A DNA stretch of 64,000 nt, taken from Eledone cirrhosa (taxonomy: Eukaryota). Where the stretch lies: contig OZ024742.1 in the NCBI GenBank assembly GCA_964016885.1, positions 30,690,001 through 30,754,000 of the forward strand, given 5' to 3'. Made by a program: the position numbers and the translations under genes. Below the pieces are notes generated by a model. The model was not told where the DNA came from, ran no database searches, and saw only the letters and a list, made by a program, of their open reading frames with translations. Positions 38,601 to 51,130 of this stretch are shown one piece after another (within the stretch, counting starts at the first letter, position 1; the number at the start of each line of letters is the position of its first letter).

Positions 38601-41600
38601 TCCTTACTTGGTGTGGTCTCTCTCACTCCTAACTTGGTGTGGTCTCTCTCAATCCTTACTTGGTGTAGTCACTCTCAGTCCTAACTTGGTATAGTCTCTC
38701 TGAGTCGTAACTTGGTGTAGTCTCTCTCAGTCCTAACTAGATGTAGTCTCTCTCAGTCCTAAATTGGTGTGGTCTCTCTCAGTCCTAAGTTGGTGTAGTC
38801 TCTCTCAGTCCGAACTTGGTGTCGTCTCTCTCAGTCCTAACTTGTTGTGGTCTCTCTCAGTCCTAAGTTTGTGCTGTCTCTCTCTCAGTCCTAACTTGGT
38901 GTGGTCTCTCTCAGTCCTAACTTGGTGTAGTCTCTCTACGTCCTAACTTGGTGTGGTCTCTCTCACTCCTAACTTGGTGTGGTCTCTCTCAGCCCTAACT
39001 TGGTGTAGTCTCACTCAGTCCTAAGTTGGTGTGGTCTCTCTCAGTCCTAACTTGGTGTAGTCTCTCTCAGTCGTAACTTGGTGTGGTCTCTCTAAGTCCT
39101 AACTTGGTGAAGTCTCTCTCAGTCCTAACATGGTGTAGTCTCTCTCAGTCTTAGCTTGGTGTAGTCTCTCTCAGTCCTTACTTGGTGTAGTCTCTCTCAG
39201 TCCTAAATTGGTGTGGTCTCTCTCAGTCCTAACTTGGTGTAGTCTCTCTCAGTCCTTACTTGGTGTGGTCTCTCTCACTCCTAACTTGGTGTGGTCTCTC
39301 TCAATCCTTACTTGGTGTAGTCACTCTCAGTCCTAACTTGGTATAGTCTCTCTCAGTCGTAACTTCGTGTAGTCTCTCTCAGTCCTAAGTTGGTGTGGTC
39401 TCTCTCAGTCCTAAGTTGGTGTGGTCTCTCTCAGTCCTAAGTTGGTGTGGTCTCTCTCAACCCTAACTTGGTGTAGTCTCTCTCAGTCCTAACTTGTTGT
39501 GGTCTCTCTCCGTCCTAACTTGGTGTAGTCTCTCTCAGTCCTAACTTGGTGTGATCTCTCTCAGTCCTAACTTGGTGTAGTCTCTCTCAGTCCTAAGTTG
39601 GTGTGGTCTCTCTCAGTCCTAACTTGGTGTGGTCTCTCTCAGTCCTAACGTAGTGTAGTCTATCTCAGTCCTAAGTTGGTGTGGTCTCTCTCAGTCCTTA
39701 GTTGGTGTGGTCTCTCTCAGTCCTAACTTGGTTTAGTCTCTCTCAGTCCTAAGTTGGTGTCGTCTCTCTCAGTCGTAACTTCGTGTAGTCTCTCTCAGTC
39801 CTAAGTTGGTGTGGTCTCTCTCAGTCCTAAGTTGGTGTGGTCTCTCTCAGTCCTAAGTTGGTGTGGTCTCTCTCAACCCTAACTTGGTGTAGTCTCTCTC
39901 AGTCCTAACTTGTTGTGGTCTCTCTCCGTCCTAACTTGGTGTAGTCTCTCTCAGTCCTAACTTGGTGTGGGCTCTCTCAGTCCTAACTTGGTGTAGTCTC
40001 TCTCAGTCCTAAGTTGGTGTGGTCTCTCTCAGTCCTAACTTGGTGTTGTCTCTCTCAGTCCTAACGTAGTGTAGTCTCTCTCAGTCCTAAGTTGGTGTGC
40101 TCTTTCTCAGTCCTAACTTGGTGTAGTCTCTCTCAGTCCTAAGTTGGTGTGGTCTCTCTCAGTCCGAACTTGGTGTGGTCTCTCTCAGTCCTAACTTGTT
40201 GTGGTCTCTCTCAGTCCTAAGTTCGTGCTGTCTCTCTCTCAGTCCTAACTTGGTGTGGTCTCTCTCAGTCCTAACTTTGTGTGGTCTCTCTCAGTCCTAA
40301 CTTGGTGTGGTCTCTCTCAGTCCTAACATGGTGTAGTCTCTCTCAGTCTTAACTTGGTGTAGTCTCTCTCAGTACTTACTTGGTGTAGTCTCTATCAGTC
40401 CTAAGTTGGTGTGGTCTCCCTCAGTCCTAAGTTGGTGTGGTCTCTCTCAGTCCTAACTTGGTGTGGTCTCTCTCAGTCCTAACTTGGTGTAGTCTCTCTC
40501 AGTCCTAAGTTGGTGTTGTCTCTCTCAGACATAACTTGGTGTGGTCTCTCTCAGCCCTAACTTGGTGTGGTCTCTCTCAGTCCTAACTTCGTGTAGTCTC
40601 TCTCAGTCCTAAGTTGGTGTGGTCTCTCTCAGTCCTAAGTTGGTGTAGTCTCTGTCAGTCCGAACTTGGTGTGGTCTCTCTCAGTCCTAAGTTGGTGTGG
40701 TCTCTCTCATTCCTAACTTGGTGTAGTCTCTTTCAGTCCTAAGTTGGTGTGTTCTCTCTCAGTCCTAACTTGGTGTAGTCTCTCTCAGTCGTAACTTGGT
40801 GTGGTCTCTCTAAGTCCTAACTTGGTGAAGTCTCTCTCAGTCCTAACATGGTGTAGTCTCTCTCAGTCGTAACTTGGTGTAGTCTCTCTCAGTCGTAACT
40901 TCGTGTAGTCTCTCTCAGTCCTAAGTTGGTGTGGTCTCTCTCAGTCCTAAGTTGGTGTGGTCTCTCTCAACCCTAACTTGGTGTAGTCTCTCTCAGTCCT
41001 AACTTGTTGTGGTCTCTCTCCGTCCTAACTTGGTGTAGTATCTCTCAGTCCTAACTTGGTGTGGTCTCTCTCAGTCCTAACTTGGTGTAGTCTCTCTCAG
41101 TGCTAAGTTGGAGTGGTCTCTCTCAGTCCTAAGTTGGTGTACTCTCTCTCAGTCTAACTTGGTGGAGTCTCTATCAGTCCTAAGTTGGTGTGGTCTCTCA
41201 CAGTCCTAACTTGGTGTGGTCTCTCTCAGTCCTAACTTAGTGTAGTCTATCTCAGTCCTAAGTTGGTGTGGTCTCTCTCAGTCCTAAGTTGGTGTGGTCT
41301 CTCTCAGTCCTAACTTGGTTTAGTCTCTCTCAGTCCTAAGTTGGTGTCGTCTCTCTCAGTCCTAACTAGATGTAGTCTCTCTCAGTCCTAGGTTGGTGTG
41401 GTCTCTCTCAGTCCTAAGTTGGTGCAGTATCTCTCAGTCCGAACTTGGTGTGGTCTCTCTCAGTCCTAACTTGTTGTGGTCTCTCTCAGTCCTAAGTTCG
41501 TGCTGTCTCTCTCTCAGTCCTAAGTTGGTGTGTTTTCTCTCAGTCCTAACTTGGTGTGGTCTCTCTCATTCCTTACTTGGTGTAGTCTCTCTCAGTCCTA

Positions 41601-42280
41601 ACTTGGTGTAGTCTCTCTCAGTCCTAAGTTGGTGTTGTGTCTCTCAGTCCTAACTTGGTGTAGTCTCTCTCAGTCCTAAGTTGGTGTCATCTCTCTCAGG
41701 CCTAACTAGGTGTAGTCTCTCTCAGTCCTAAGTTGGTGTAGTCTCTCTCAGTCCGAACTTGGTGTGGTCTCTCTCAGTCCTAACTTGTTGTGGTCTCTCT
41801 CAGTCCTAAGTTTGTGCTGTCTCTCTCTCAGTCCTAACTTGGTGTGGTCTCTCTCAGTTCTAACTTGGTGTAGTCTCTCTACGTCCTAACTTGGTGTGGT
41901 CTCTCTCAGTCTTAACTTGGTGTGGTCTCTCTCAGCCCTAACTTGGTGTAGTCTCACTCAGTCCTAAGTTGGTGTGGTCTCTCTCAGTCCTAACTTGGTG
42001 AAGTCTCTCTCAGTCCTAACATGGTGTAGTCTCTCTCAGTCTTAACTTGGTGTAGTCTCTCTCAGTCCTTACTTGGTGTAGTCTCTCTCAGTCCTAACTT
42101 GGTGTGGTCTCTCTCAGTCCTAACTTGGTGTAGTCTCTCTCAGTCCTTACTTGGTGTGGTCTCTCTCACTCCTAACTTGGTGTGGTCTCTCTCAATCCTT
42201 ACTTGGTGTAGTCACTCTCAGTCCTAACTTGGTATAGTCTCTCTGAGTCGTAACTTGGTGTAGTCTCTCTCAGTCGTAAC
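35700..42280 (+). repeat. About 3.0-3.2 kb tandem duplication with internal monomer-block indels
   Basis: CAGACATAAC 37297/40526 and GGAGTGG 37881/41110 (offset 3229). Pseudo-ORFs 35743/38764 (offset 3021). Both copies have the 25-bp CAGTCTAAC monomer after GTGTACTCTC. Confidence 0.8.
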
Positions 42281-45200
42281 TTCGTGTAGTCTCTCTCAGT
42301 CCTAAGTTGGTGTGGTCTCTCTCAGTCCTAAGTTGGTGTGGTCTCTCTCAGTCCTAAGTTGGTGTGGTCTCTCTCAACCCTAACTTGGTGTAGTCTCTCT
42401 CAGTCCTAACTTGTTGTGGTCTCTCTCCGTCCTAACTTGTTGTAGTCTCTCTCAGTCCTAACTTGGTGTGGTCTCTCTCAGTCCTAACTTGGTGTAGTCT
42501 CTCTCAGTCCTAAGTTGGTGTGGTCTCTCTCAGTCCTAACTTGGTGTGGTCTCTCTCAGTACTAACGTAGTGTAGTCTCTCTCAGTCCTAAGTTGGTGTG
42601 CTCTCTCTCAGTCCTAACTTGGTGTAGTCTCTCTCAGTCCTAAGTTGGTGTGGTCTCTCTCAGTCCTAACTTAGTGTGGTCTCTTTCAGTCCTAACTTAG
42701 TGTAGTCTATCTCAGTCCTAAGTTGGTGTGGTCTCTCTCAGTCCTAAGTTGGTGTGGTCTCTCTCAGTCCTAACTTGGTTTAGTCTCTCTCAGTCCTAAG
42801 TTGGTGTCGTCTCTCTCAGTCCTAACTAGATGTAGTCTCTCTCAGTCCTAAGTTGGTGTGGTCTCTCTCAGTCCTAACTTGGTTTAGTCTCTCTCAGTCC
42901 TAAGTTGGTGTCGTCTCTCTCAGTCCTAACTAGATGTAGTCTCTCTCAGTCCTAAGTTGGTGTGGTCTCTCTCAGTCCTAAGTTGGTGTAGTCTCTCTCA
43001 GTCCGAACTTGGTGTCGTCTCTCTCAGTCCTAACTTGTTGTGGTCTCTCTCAGTCCTAAGTTTGTGCTGTCTCTCTCTCAGTCCTAACTTGGTGTGGTCT
43101 CTCTCAGTCCTAACTTGGTGTAGTCTCTCTACGTCCTAACTTGGTGTGGTCTCTCTCACTCCTAACTTGGTGTGGTCTCTCTCAGCTCTAACTTGGTGTA
43201 GTCTCACTCAGTCCTAAGTTGGTGTGGTCTCTCTCAGTCCTAACTAGGTGTGGTCTCTCTCAGTCCTAACGTAGTGTAGTCTCTCTCAGTCCTAAGTTTG
43301 TGCTGTCTCTCTCTCAGTCCTAACTTGGTGTGGTCTCTCTCAGTCTTAACTTGGTGTGGTCTCTCTCAGCCCTAACTTGGTGTAGTCTCACTCAGTCCTA
43401 AGTTGATGTGGTCTCTCTCAGTCCTAACTTGGTGAAGTCTCTCTCAGTCCTAACATGGTGTAGTCTCTCTCAGTCTTAACTTGGTGTAGTCTCTCTCAGT
43501 CCTTACTTGGTGTAGTCTCTCTCAGTCCTAACTTGGTGTGGTCTCTCTCAGTCCTAACTTGGTGTAGTCTCTCTCAGTCCTTACTTGGTGTGGTCTCTCT
43601 CACTCCTAACTTGGTGTGGTCTCTCTCAATCCTTACTTGGTGTAGTCACTCTCAGTCCTAACTTGGTATAGTCTCTCTGAGTCGTAACTTGGTGTAGTCT
43701 CTCTCAGTCGTAACTTCGTGTAGTCTCTCTCAGTCCTAAGTTGGTGTGGTCTCTCTCAGTCCTAAGTTGGTGTGGTCTCTCTCAACCCTAACTTGGTGTA
43801 GTCTCTCTCAGTCCTAACTTGTTGTGGTCTCTCTCCGTCCTAACTTGGTGTAGTCTCTCTCAGTCCTAACTTGGTGTGGTCTCTCTCAGTCCTAACTTGG
43901 TGTAGTCTCTCTCAGTCCTAAGTTGGTGTGGTCTCTCTCAGTCCTAACTTGGTGTGGTCTCTCTCAGTACTAACGTAGTGTAGTCTCTCTCAGTCCTAAG
44001 TTGGTGTGCTCTCTCTCAGTCCTAACTTGGTGTAGTCTCTCTCAGTCCTAAGTTGGTGTGGTCTCTCTCAGTCCTAACTTGGTGTGGTCTCTTTCAGTCC
44101 TAACTTAGTGTAGTCTATCTCAGTCCTAAGTTGGTGTGGTCTCTCTCAGTCCTAAGTTGGTGTGGTCTCTCTCAGTCCTAACTTGGTTTAGTCTCTCTCA
44201 GTCCTAAGTTGGTGTCGTCTCTCTCAGTCCTAACTAGATGTAGTCTCTCTCAGTCCTAAGTTGGTGTGGTCTCTCTCAGTCCTAACTTGGTTTAGTCTCT
44301 CTCAGTCCTAAGTTGGTGTCGTCTCTCTCAGTCCTAACTAGATGTAGTCTCTCTCAGTCCTAAGTTGGTGTGGTCTCTCTCAGTCCTAAGTTGGTGTAGT
44401 CTCTCTCAGTCCGAACTTGGTGTCGTCTCTCTCAGTCCTAACTTGTTGTGGTCTCTCTCAGTCCTAAGTTTGTGCTGTCTCTCTCTCAGTCCTAACTTGG
44501 TGTGGTCTCTCTCAGTCCTAACTTGGTGTAGTCTCTCTACGTCCTAACTTGGTGTGGTCTCTCTCACTCCTAACTTGGTGTGGTCTCTCTCAGCTCTAAC
44601 TTGGTGTAGTCTCACTCAGTCCTAAGTTGGTGTGGTCTCTCTCAGTCCTAACTTGGTGTGGTCTCTCTCAGTCCTAACGTAGTGTAGTCTCTCTCAGTCC
44701 TAAGTTGGTGTGCTCTCTCTCAGTCCTAACTTGGTGTAGTCTCTCTCAGTCCTAAGTTGGTGTGGTCTCTCTCAGTCCTAACTTGGTGTGGTCTCTCTCA
44801 GTCCTAACTTAGTGTAGTCTCTCTCAGTCCTAAGTTGGTGTGGTCTCTCTCAGTCCTTAGTTGGTGTGGTCTCTCTCAGTCCTAACTTGGTTTAGTCTCT
44901 CTCAGTCCTAAGTTGGTGTTGTCTCTCTCAGTCGTAACTTCGTGTAGTCTCTCTCAGTCCTAAGTTGGTGTGGTCTCTCTCAGTCCTAACTTGGTGTGGT
45001 CTCTCTCAGTCCTAAGTTGGTGTGGTCTCTCTCATTCCTAACTTGGTGTAGTCTCTTTCAGTCCTAAGTTGGTGTGTTCTCTCTCAGTCCTAACTTGGTG
45101 AGGTCTCTCTCATTCCTTACTTGGTGTAGTCTCTCTCAGTCCTAACTTGGTGTAGTCTCTCTCAATCCTAAGTTGGTGTGGTCTCTCTCAGTCCTAAGTT

Positions 45201-48200
45201 GGTGTAGTCTCTCTCAGTCCGAACTTGGTGTGGTCTCTCTCAGTCCTAACTTGTTGTGGTCTCTCTCAGTCCTACGTTTGTGCTGTCTCTCTCTCAGTCC
45301 TAACTTGGTGTGGTCTCTCGCAGTCCTAACTTGGTGTAGTCTCTCTACGTCCTAACTTGTTGTGGTCTCTCTCAGTCCTACGTTTGTGCTGTCTTTCTCT
45401 CAGTCCTAACTTGGTGTGGTCTCTCGCAGTCCTAACTTGGTGTAGTCTCTCTACGTCCTAACTTGGTGTGGTCTCTCTCAGTCCTAACTTGGTGTGGTCT
45501 CTCTCAGTCCTAACTTGGTGTAGTCTCACTCAGTCCTAAGTTGGTGTGGTCTCTCTCAGTCCTAACTTGGTGTAGTCTCTCTCAGTCGTAACTTGGTGTG
45601 GTCTCTCTAAGTACTAACTTGGTGTAGTCTCTCTCAGTCCTAACATGGTGTAGTCTCTCTCAGTCTTAACTTGGTGTAGTCTCTCTCAGTCCTTACTTGG
45701 TGTAGTCTCTGTCAGTCCTAACTTGGTGTGGTCTCCCTCAGTCCTAAGTTGGTGTGGTCTCTCTCAGTCCTAACTTGGTGTGGTCTCTCTCAGTCCTTAC
45801 TTGGTGTGGTCTCTCTCACTCCTAACTTGGTGTGGTCTCTCTCAGTCCTTACTTGGTGTAGTCACTCTCAGTCCTAACTTGGTATAGTCTCTCTCAGTCG
45901 TAACTTGGTGTAGTCTCTCTCAGTCGTAACTTCGTGTAGTCTCTCTCAGTCCTAAGTTGGTGTGGTCTCTCTCAGTCCTAAGTTGGTGTGGTCTCTCTCA
46001 ACCCTAACTTGGTGTAGTCTCTCTCAGTCCTAACTTGTTGTGGTCTCTCTCAGTCCTAACTTGGTGTAGTCTCTCTCAGTTCTAACTTGGTGTAGTCTCT
46101 CTCAGTCCTAAGTTGGTGTGGTCTCTCTCAGTCCTAACTTGGTGTGGTCTCTCTCAGTCCTAACTTAGTGTAGTCTCTCTCAGTCCTAAGTTGGTGTGCT
46201 CTCTCTCAGTCCTAACTTGGTGTAGTCTCTCTCAGTCCTAAGTTGGTGTGGTCTCTCTCAGTCCTAAGTTGGTGTAGTCTCTCTCAGTCCGAACTTGGTG
46301 TGGTCTCTCTCAGTCCTAACTTGTTGTGGTCTCTCTGAGTCCTAAGTTCGTGCTGTCTCTCTCTCGGTCCTAACTTGGTGTGGTCTCTCTCAGTCCTCAC
46401 TTGGTGTAGTCTCTCTCAGTCCTAATTTGGTGTAGTCTCTCTCAGTCCTCACTTGGTGTGGTCTCTCTAACACCTAACTTGGTGTAGTCTCTCTCAGTCC
46501 TAACATGGTGTAGTCTCTCTCAGTCTTAACTTGGTGTAGTCTCTCTCAGTCCTTACTTGGTGTACTCTCTCTCAGTTCTAACTTGGTGTAGTCTGTCTCA
46601 GTCCTAATTTGGTGTAGTCTCTCTCAGTCGTAACTTGGTGTGGTCTCTCTAACTCCTAACTTGGTGTAGTCTCTCTCAGTCCTAACATGGTGTAGTCTCT
46701 CTCAGTCTTAACTTGGTGTAGTCTCTCCTAGTCCTTACTTGGTGTACTCTCTCTCAGTCCTAACTTGGTGTGGTCTCCCTCAGTCCTAAGTTGGTGTGGT
46801 CTCTCTCAGTCCTAACTTGGTGTGGTCTCTCTCAGTCCTAAGTTGGTTTGGTCTCTCTCAGTCCTAACTTGGTGTGTTCTCTCTCAGTCCTTACTTGGTG
46901 TAGTCACTCTCAGTCCTAACTTGGTGTAGTCTCTCTCAGTCCTAAGTTGGTGTGGTCTATCTCACTCCTAAGTTGGTGTGGTCTCTCTCAGTCCTAAGTT
47001 GGTGTGGTCTCTCTCATTCCTAACTTTGTGTAGTCTCTTTCAGTCCTAAGTTGGTGTGTTCTCTCTCAGTCCTAACTTGGTGTGGTTTCTCTCATTCCTT
47101 ACTTGGTGTAGTCTCTCTCAGTCCTAACTTGGTGTAGTCTCTCTCAGTCCTAAGTTGGTGTCGTCTCTCTCAGTCCTAACTAGATGTAGTCTCTCTCAGT
47201 CCTAGGTTGGTGTGGTCTCTCTCAGTCCTAAGTTGGTGCAGTATCTCTCAGTCCGAACTTGGTGTGGTCTCTCTCAGTCCTAACTTGTTGTGGTCTCTCT
47301 CAGTCCTAAGTTCGTGCTGTCTCTCTCTCAGTCCTAAGTTGGTGTGTTTTCTCTCAGTCCTAACTTGGTGTGGTCTCTCTCATTCCTTACTTGGTGTAGT
47401 CTCTCTCAGTCCTAACTTGGTGTAGTCTCTCTCAGTCCTAAGTTGGTGTGGTGTCTCTCAGTCCTAACTTGGTGTAGTCTCTCTCAGTCCTAAGTTGGTG
47501 TCATCTCTCTCAGGCCTAACTAGGTGTAGTCTCTCTCAGTCCTAAGTTGGTGTAGTCTCTCTCAGTCCGAACTTGGTGTGGTCTCTCTCAGTCCTAACTT
47601 GTTGTGGTCTCTCTCAGTCCTAAGTTTGTGCTGTCTCTCTCTCAGTCCTAACTTGGTGTGGTCTCTCTCAGTCTTAACTTGGTGTGGTCTCTCTCAGCCC
47701 TAACTTGGTGTAGTCTCACTCAGTCCTAAGTTGATGTGGTCTCTCTCAGTCCTAACTTGGTGAAGTCTCTCTCAGTCCTAACATGGTGTAGTCTCTCTCA
47801 GTCTTAACTTGGTGTAGTCTCTCTCAGTCCTTACTTGGTGTAGTCTCTCTCAGTCCTAACTTGGTGTGGTCTCTCTCAGTCCTAACTTGGTGTAGTCTCT
47901 CTCAGTCCTTACTTGGTGTGGTCTCTCTCACTCCTAACTTGGTGTGGTCTCTCTCAATCCTTACTTGGTGTAGTCACTCTCAGTCCTAACTTGGTATAGT
48001 CTCTCTGAGTCGTAACTTGGTGTAGTCTCTCTCAGTCGTAACTTCGTGTAGTCTCTCTCAGTCCTAAGTTGGTGTGGTCTCTCTCAGTCCTAAGTTGGTG
48101 TGGTCTCTCTCAACCCTAACTTGGTGTAGTCTCTCTCAGTCCTAACTTGTTGTGGTCTCTCTCCGTCCTAACTTGGTGTAGTCTCTCTCAGTCCTAACTT

Positions 48201-49300
48201 GGTGTGGTCTCTCTCAGTCCTAACTTGGTGTAGTCTCTCTCAGTCCTAAGTTGGTGTGGTCTCTCTCAGTCCTAACTTGGTGTGGTCTCTCTCAGTACTA
48301 ACGTAGTGTAGTCTCTCTCAGTCCTAAGTTGGTGTGCTCTCTCTCAGTCCTAACTTGGTGTAGTCTCTCTCAGTCCTAAGTTGGTGTGGTCTCTCTCAGT
48401 CCTAACTTGGTGTGGTCTCTTTCAGTCCTAACTTAGTGTAGTCTATCTCAGTCCTAAGTTGGTGTGGTCTCTCTCAGTCCTAAGTTGGTGTGGTCTCTCT
48501 CAGTCCTAACTTGGTTTAGTCTCTCTCAGTCCTAAGTTGGTGTCGTCTCTCTCAGTCCTAACTAGATGTAGTCTCTCTCAGTCCTAAGTTGGTGTGGTCT
48601 CTCTCAGTCCTAACTTGGTTTAGTCTCTCTCAGTCCTAAGTTGGTGTCGTCTCTCTCAGTCCTAACTAGATGTAGTCTCTCTCAGTCCTAAGTTGGTGTG
48701 GTCTCTCTCAGTCCTAAGTTGGTGTAGTCTCTCTCAGTCCGAACTTGGTGTCGTCTCTCTCAGTCCTAACTTGTTGTGGTCTCTCTCAGTCCTAAGTTTG
48801 TGCTGTCTCTCTCTCAGTCCTAACTTGGTGTGGTCTCTCTCAGTCCTAACTTGGTGTAGTCTCTCTACGTCCTAACTTGGTGTGGTCTCTCTCACTCCTA
48901 ACTTGGTGTGGTCTCTCTCAGCTCTAACTTGGTGTAGTCTCACTCAGTCCTAAGTTGGTGTGGTCTCTCTCAGTCCTAACTTGGTGTGGTCTCTCTCAGT
49001 CCTAACGTAGTGTAGTCTCTCTCAGTCCTAAGTTGGTGTGCTCTCTCTCAGTCCTAACTTGGTGTAGTCTCTCTCAGTCCTAAGTTGGTGTGGTCTCTCT
49101 CAGTCCTAACTTGGTGTGGTCTCTCTCAGTCCTAACTTAGTGTAGTCTCTCTCAGTCCTAAGTTGGTGTGGTCTCTCTCAGTCCTTAGTTGGTGTGGTCT
49201 CTCTCAGTCCTAACTTGGTTTAGTCTCTCTCAGTCCTAAGTTGGTGTTGTCTCTCTCAGTCGTAACTTCGTGTAGTCTCTCTCAGTCCTAAGTTGGTGTG
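41900..49300 (+). repeat. About 1.4-kb block in three copies (tandem offset 1,408; further copy at +4,328)
   Basis: CAGCTCTAAC at 43183, 44591 and 48919. Pseudo-ORFs 42957/44365/48693. Shared AGTACTAACGTAG and doubled CTAGATG markers. Confidence 0.8.
45241..45452 (+). repeat. 106-bp (4-monomer) tandem micro-duplication including the 28-bp variant
   Basis: CCTACGTTTGTGCTG at 45271 and 45377; CTCGCAG and CTACGTCC also doubled. Offset 106 = 4x26+2. Confidence 0.85.
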
Positions 49301-49960
49301 GTCTCTCTCAGTCCTAAGTTGGTGTGGTCTCTCTCAGTCCTAAGTTGGTGTGGTCTCTCTCAACCCTAACTTGGTGTAGTCTCTCTCAGTCCTAACTTGT
49401 TGTGGTCTCTCTCCGTCCTAACTTGGTGTAGTCTCTCTCAGTCCTAACTTGGTGTGGTCTCTCTCAGTCCTAACTTGGTGTAGTCTCTCTCAGTCCTAAC
49501 TTGGTGTGGTCTCTCTCAGTCCTAACGTAGTGTAGTCTCTCTCAGTCCTAACTTGGTGTGCTCTCTCTCAGTCCTAACTTGGTGTAGTCTCTCTCAGTCC
49601 TAAGTTGGTGTGGTCTCTCTCAGTCCGAACTTGGTGTGGTCTCTCTCAGTCCTAACTTGTTGTGGTCTCTCTCAGTCCTAAGTTCGTGCTGTCTCTCTCT
49701 CAGTCCTAACTTGGTGTGGTCTCTCTCAGTCCTAACTTTGTGTGGTCTCTCTCAGTCCTAACTTGGTGTGGTCTCTCTCAGTCCTAACATTGTGTAGTCT
49801 CTCTCAGTCTTAACTTGGTGTAGTCTCTCTCAGTACTTACTTGGTGTAGTCTCTATCAGTCCTAACTTGGTGTGGTCTCCCTCAGTCCTAAGTTGGTGTG
49901 GTCTCTCTCAGTCCTAACTTGGTGTGGTCTCTCTCAGTCCTAACTTGGTGTAGTCTCTCT

Positions 49961-51130
49961 CAGCCCTAACTTGGTGTGGTCTCTCTCAGTCCTAACTTAG
50001 TGTAGTCTCTCTCAGTCCTAAGTTGGTGTGGTCTCTCTCAGTCCTAAGTTGGTGTAGTCTCTCTCAGTCCGAACTTGGTGTGGTCTATCTCAGTTCTAAG
50101 TTGGTGTGGTCTCTCTCAGTCCTAAGTTGGTGTGGTCTCTCTAAGTCCTAACTTGGTGTGGTCACTCTCAGTCTTAAGTTGGTGTGGTCTCTGTCAGTCC
50201 TAACTTGGTGTGGTCTCTCTCTGTCCTTACTTGGTGTAGTCACTCTCAGTCCTAACTTGGTGTAGTCTCTCTCAGTCCTAAGTTGGTGTGGTGTCTCTCA
50301 GTCCTAACTTGGTGTGGTCTCTCTCAGTCCTAACTTGGTGTAGTCTCTCTCAGTCCTAAGTTGGTGTGGTCTCTCTCAGTCCTAACTTGGTGTGGTCTCT
50401 CTCAGCCCTAACTTGGTGTGGTCTCTCTCAGTCCTAACTTAGTGTAGTCTCTCTCAGTCCTAAGTTGGTGTGGTCTCTCTCAGTCCTAAGTTGGTGTAGT
50501 CTCTCTCAGTCCGAACTTGGTGTGGTCTATCTCAGTTCTAAGTTGGTGTGGTCTCTCTCAGTCCTAAGTTGGTGTGGTCTCTCTCAGTCCTAACTTGGTG
50601 TGGTCTCTCTCAGCCCTAACTTGGTGTGGTCTCTCTCAGTCCTAACTTAGTGTAGTCTCTCTCAGTCCTAAGTTGGTGTGGTCTCTCTCAGTCCTAAGTT
50701 GGTGTAGTCTCTCTCAGTCCGAACTTGGTGTGGTCTATCTCAGTTCTAAGTTGGTGTGGTCTCTCTCAGTCCTAAGTTGGTGTGGTCTCTCTAAGTCCTA
50801 ACTTGGTGTGGTCACTCTCAGTCTTAAGTTGGTGTGGTCTCTGTCAGTCCTAACTTGGTGTGGTCTCTCTCTGTCCTTACTTGGTGTAGTCACTCTCAGT
50901 CCTAACTTGGTGTAGTCTCTCTCAGTCCTAAGTTGGTGTGGTGTCTCTCAGTCCTAACTTGGTGTGGTCTCTCTCAGTCCTAACTTGGTGTAGTCTCTCT
51001 CAGTCCTAAGTTGGTGTGGTCTCTCTCAGTCCTAACTTGGTGTGGTCTCTCTCAGCCCTAACTTGGTGTGGTCTCTCTCAGTCCTAACTTAGTGTAGTCT
51101 CTCTCAGTCCTAAGTTGGTGTGGTCTCTCT
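49961..51130 (+). repeat. Nested duplication with 442/208/442-bp spacing (650-bp offset between full copies)
   Basis: CAGCCCTAAC at 49961, 50403, 50611, 51053. TGGTCTATCTCAGTTCTAAG at 50081, 50523, 50731. CTGTCCTTAC at 50221/50871. Confidence 0.85.
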
